In this document: positions 62,305 through 64,000 of the stretch, piece after piece | Layout of the letters: the number at the start of each line of letters is the position of its first letter | Numbering within the stretch: the stretch's first letter is position 1 | Source of the DNA: Lama guanicoe | Taxonomy: Eukaryota | Length of the DNA: 64,000 nucleotides | NCBI GenBank assembly: GCA_013239625.1 | Contig: MU054085.1 | Coordinates: forward strand, 110,666 to 174,665 | Direction of reading: 5' to 3' | The notes under the pieces: generated by a model | Database searches by the model: none | What the model was told of the DNA's origin: nothing | What the model saw: the letters and a program-made list of their open reading frames with translations, nothing else | Position numbers and translations under genes: made by a program

Positions 62305-63145
62305 ATCACTTAATCATTTGTTCATGTAGCATGTTTCTAAGTGCCTGGAACTGTGTTAGGTGCTGGGGACATAAGACAGATAAGACATGGTGCTTGCTTA
62401 AAAGGAATCCATGGCTTATTAGAGACAGTAGAGCACATGAACCAGAGAAGAGGGCAAGTTAACCGGAGAGGAGGCTACACTAACCAAAAGGGAGGGCAGG
62501 TCAACCAGAAAGGAGGGCCCACCCAGAAAGGAGCCTTGTTAAACAGAGAATGTTAACTAGAGAACAGGTACCATTAATCCAGACTTGACAGGTCTTCAGA
62601 ATCACCTCAGTTGTTTTATCAATTATATGGATTCCTGGACCCCATTTCTACCCTAATGAACTGGAATCTTCCGGAGCCATTATTTGTACTTGTTAATAAG
62701 CTCCCTAGTTGGTCCCAACAATCATGGCAGTTGAGAACAAAGCTTCATAGGCATATTATGGAGAGACCTGCACTGGATGCAGTGTGGATACCAAGGAAGG
62801 GCCTGCTGGTGCAATTCTGGGCTTCATAGAGGAGGGGATACCTGGAAGTGAGCCTTCAGAATTGCAGCAGAGCCAATAAGGTGCAAGGGTGCTGAGAAGA
62901 TGGTGGGAGGAGGGCTTCCAGGTGGAAGGCTCCACGTGAGCAGAGACCCTGCAGAGGTCAGTTGGGCTGAAGCCTGGGGTGTGAGAGAGAAATAGGTTAG
63001 AGTCCAGACCAGAAGGTGAGCAAGATTCCAAGTGGCCTTGTTGATATCACCGAAGAGTTTGAATTTTACCCTCTTTGATATGGACCATCATTTAAAGATT
63101 TAAATCAGGGAGTAAAGTGATCAGCTTTCATTTCAGAAAGATTAC
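62305..63145 (-). mobile_element. L2 fragment interrupted by a degenerate tandem array (62440-62570) and a MER5-type hAT element (about 62585-62745)
   Basis: L2: catttgttcat...gtgcctggaactgtgttaggtgctggggac and gagtttgaattttaccct...agatttaaatcagggag; MER5: cagaatcacct...gattcctggacccc...aataagctccc...cagttgagaac. Confidence 0.65.
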
Positions 63146-63264
63146 TTTAAAACTTCTGGGACAAGATGGACATTTAAGTCTATACATTTAACTCTTCTCT
63201 TTTTCAAGTTTCCATGGAAATAGCCAAAGAAATATAAAAAAATAGAACCATCGGGAAAGGACAC

Positions 63265-63294
63265 CTTCCTTGAACTTCCTTGAACTTCCTTGAA
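63265..63294. repeat. Three perfect copies of a 10-bp unit, CTTCCTTGAA
   Basis: Direct reading. Confidence 0.95.
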
Positions 63295-64000
63295 GTGTTG
63301 ACACTTTTTGCATTCACACGACTGAGCATGACTGTGTGTAGTCACTGTCTGGAAGGAAATGCTCAGCATCATGGTACTTCTTGATAGGGAAGTGCTACCA
63401 TTATCCACACTGATGGGTTGTTATTATTTCTCTATTACAGATGAAGAGGCCACAGCACAGGGAAGGCTACGAGGTCCATCCGGCCCACAGCTAGAAGAAG
63501 AGCTAATGTTTGGACCCAAGGAGTCTGGCTCTAGACACTGAGCACTTATGGCATTATACTGCCTAATATGTTGTAAAAAATGTGGTGCTGGTGGTCTTCA
63601 CTAACTGATGGACCAATGCCCTGAGTTCTGTGCAAATGAAGGAGTTGATCCCAGCAGTGAGTAGATGGGGTATATAAGGAGATCACTCTGACTTCCCAGC
63701 TCAGAAGGTCTTCAAACAGGGAGGCCATGGGCAGAGCACAGAGGGAGTGGTCTATTGCCAGTAATCATGGCAAGAGAGGAGGAGTGGCTCCCCATCTGCC
63801 CAGCAGTGGAACTCCCTGCGGTGAGATTGCCTTTGGTTGTAATTACTTTCCTAGATTCCATAGTTGAGGGGAATTCTAACTTGGCACAAATATTCCTAAC
63901 TTCGAGCAGCAGGCCCAGGACTCCAAGGGCTGTCACTGGGACAGAAGGCATGGTTTTCATAAAGGTTCAGGAAATACAGAGGGAGCTTATGGATGGAACC

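Larger units (their letters stand above)
27657..64000 (-). other. TACR1: TACR1 intron 1 (3' part); exon 1 lies beyond the right end of the window
   Basis: No NK1R exon 1 peptide in the ORF track; known five-exon structure with long introns 1 and 2. Confidence 0.85.

Overview
Mammalian genomic DNA, very probably camelid (four copies of a tRNA-derived SINE resembling the camel/alpaca Vic-1 type). The window lies inside TACR1 (tachykinin receptor 1, NK1R), transcribed on the minus strand. The only coding sequence is the 195-bp exon 2 at 27462-27656; 27657-64000 is intron 1 and 1-27461 is intron 2. The rest is a dense record of transposable elements: many L1s (two 5'-inverted, two with 5' UTRs and internal deletions, several with clear TSDs), ERV/MaLR LTRs, hAT fossils (MER58A, MER96B-like, BLACKJACK-like), MIR/L2/L3 remnants and a full-length U6 retrocopy, plus a 55-N assembly gap. 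I found no new protein-coding or multi-gene system. The best leads are structural: a SINE that appears to have carried about 330 bp of an older L1 inside a single TSD, an ancient local duplication split by two L1 insertions, a perfect 50-bp direct repeat around a 29-bp filler, multi-layer nested insertions, two perfect hairpins inside old repeats and a triplicated STAT/GAS motif. Repeat family names come from recognition by eye and need confirmation with RepeatMasker/Dfam.
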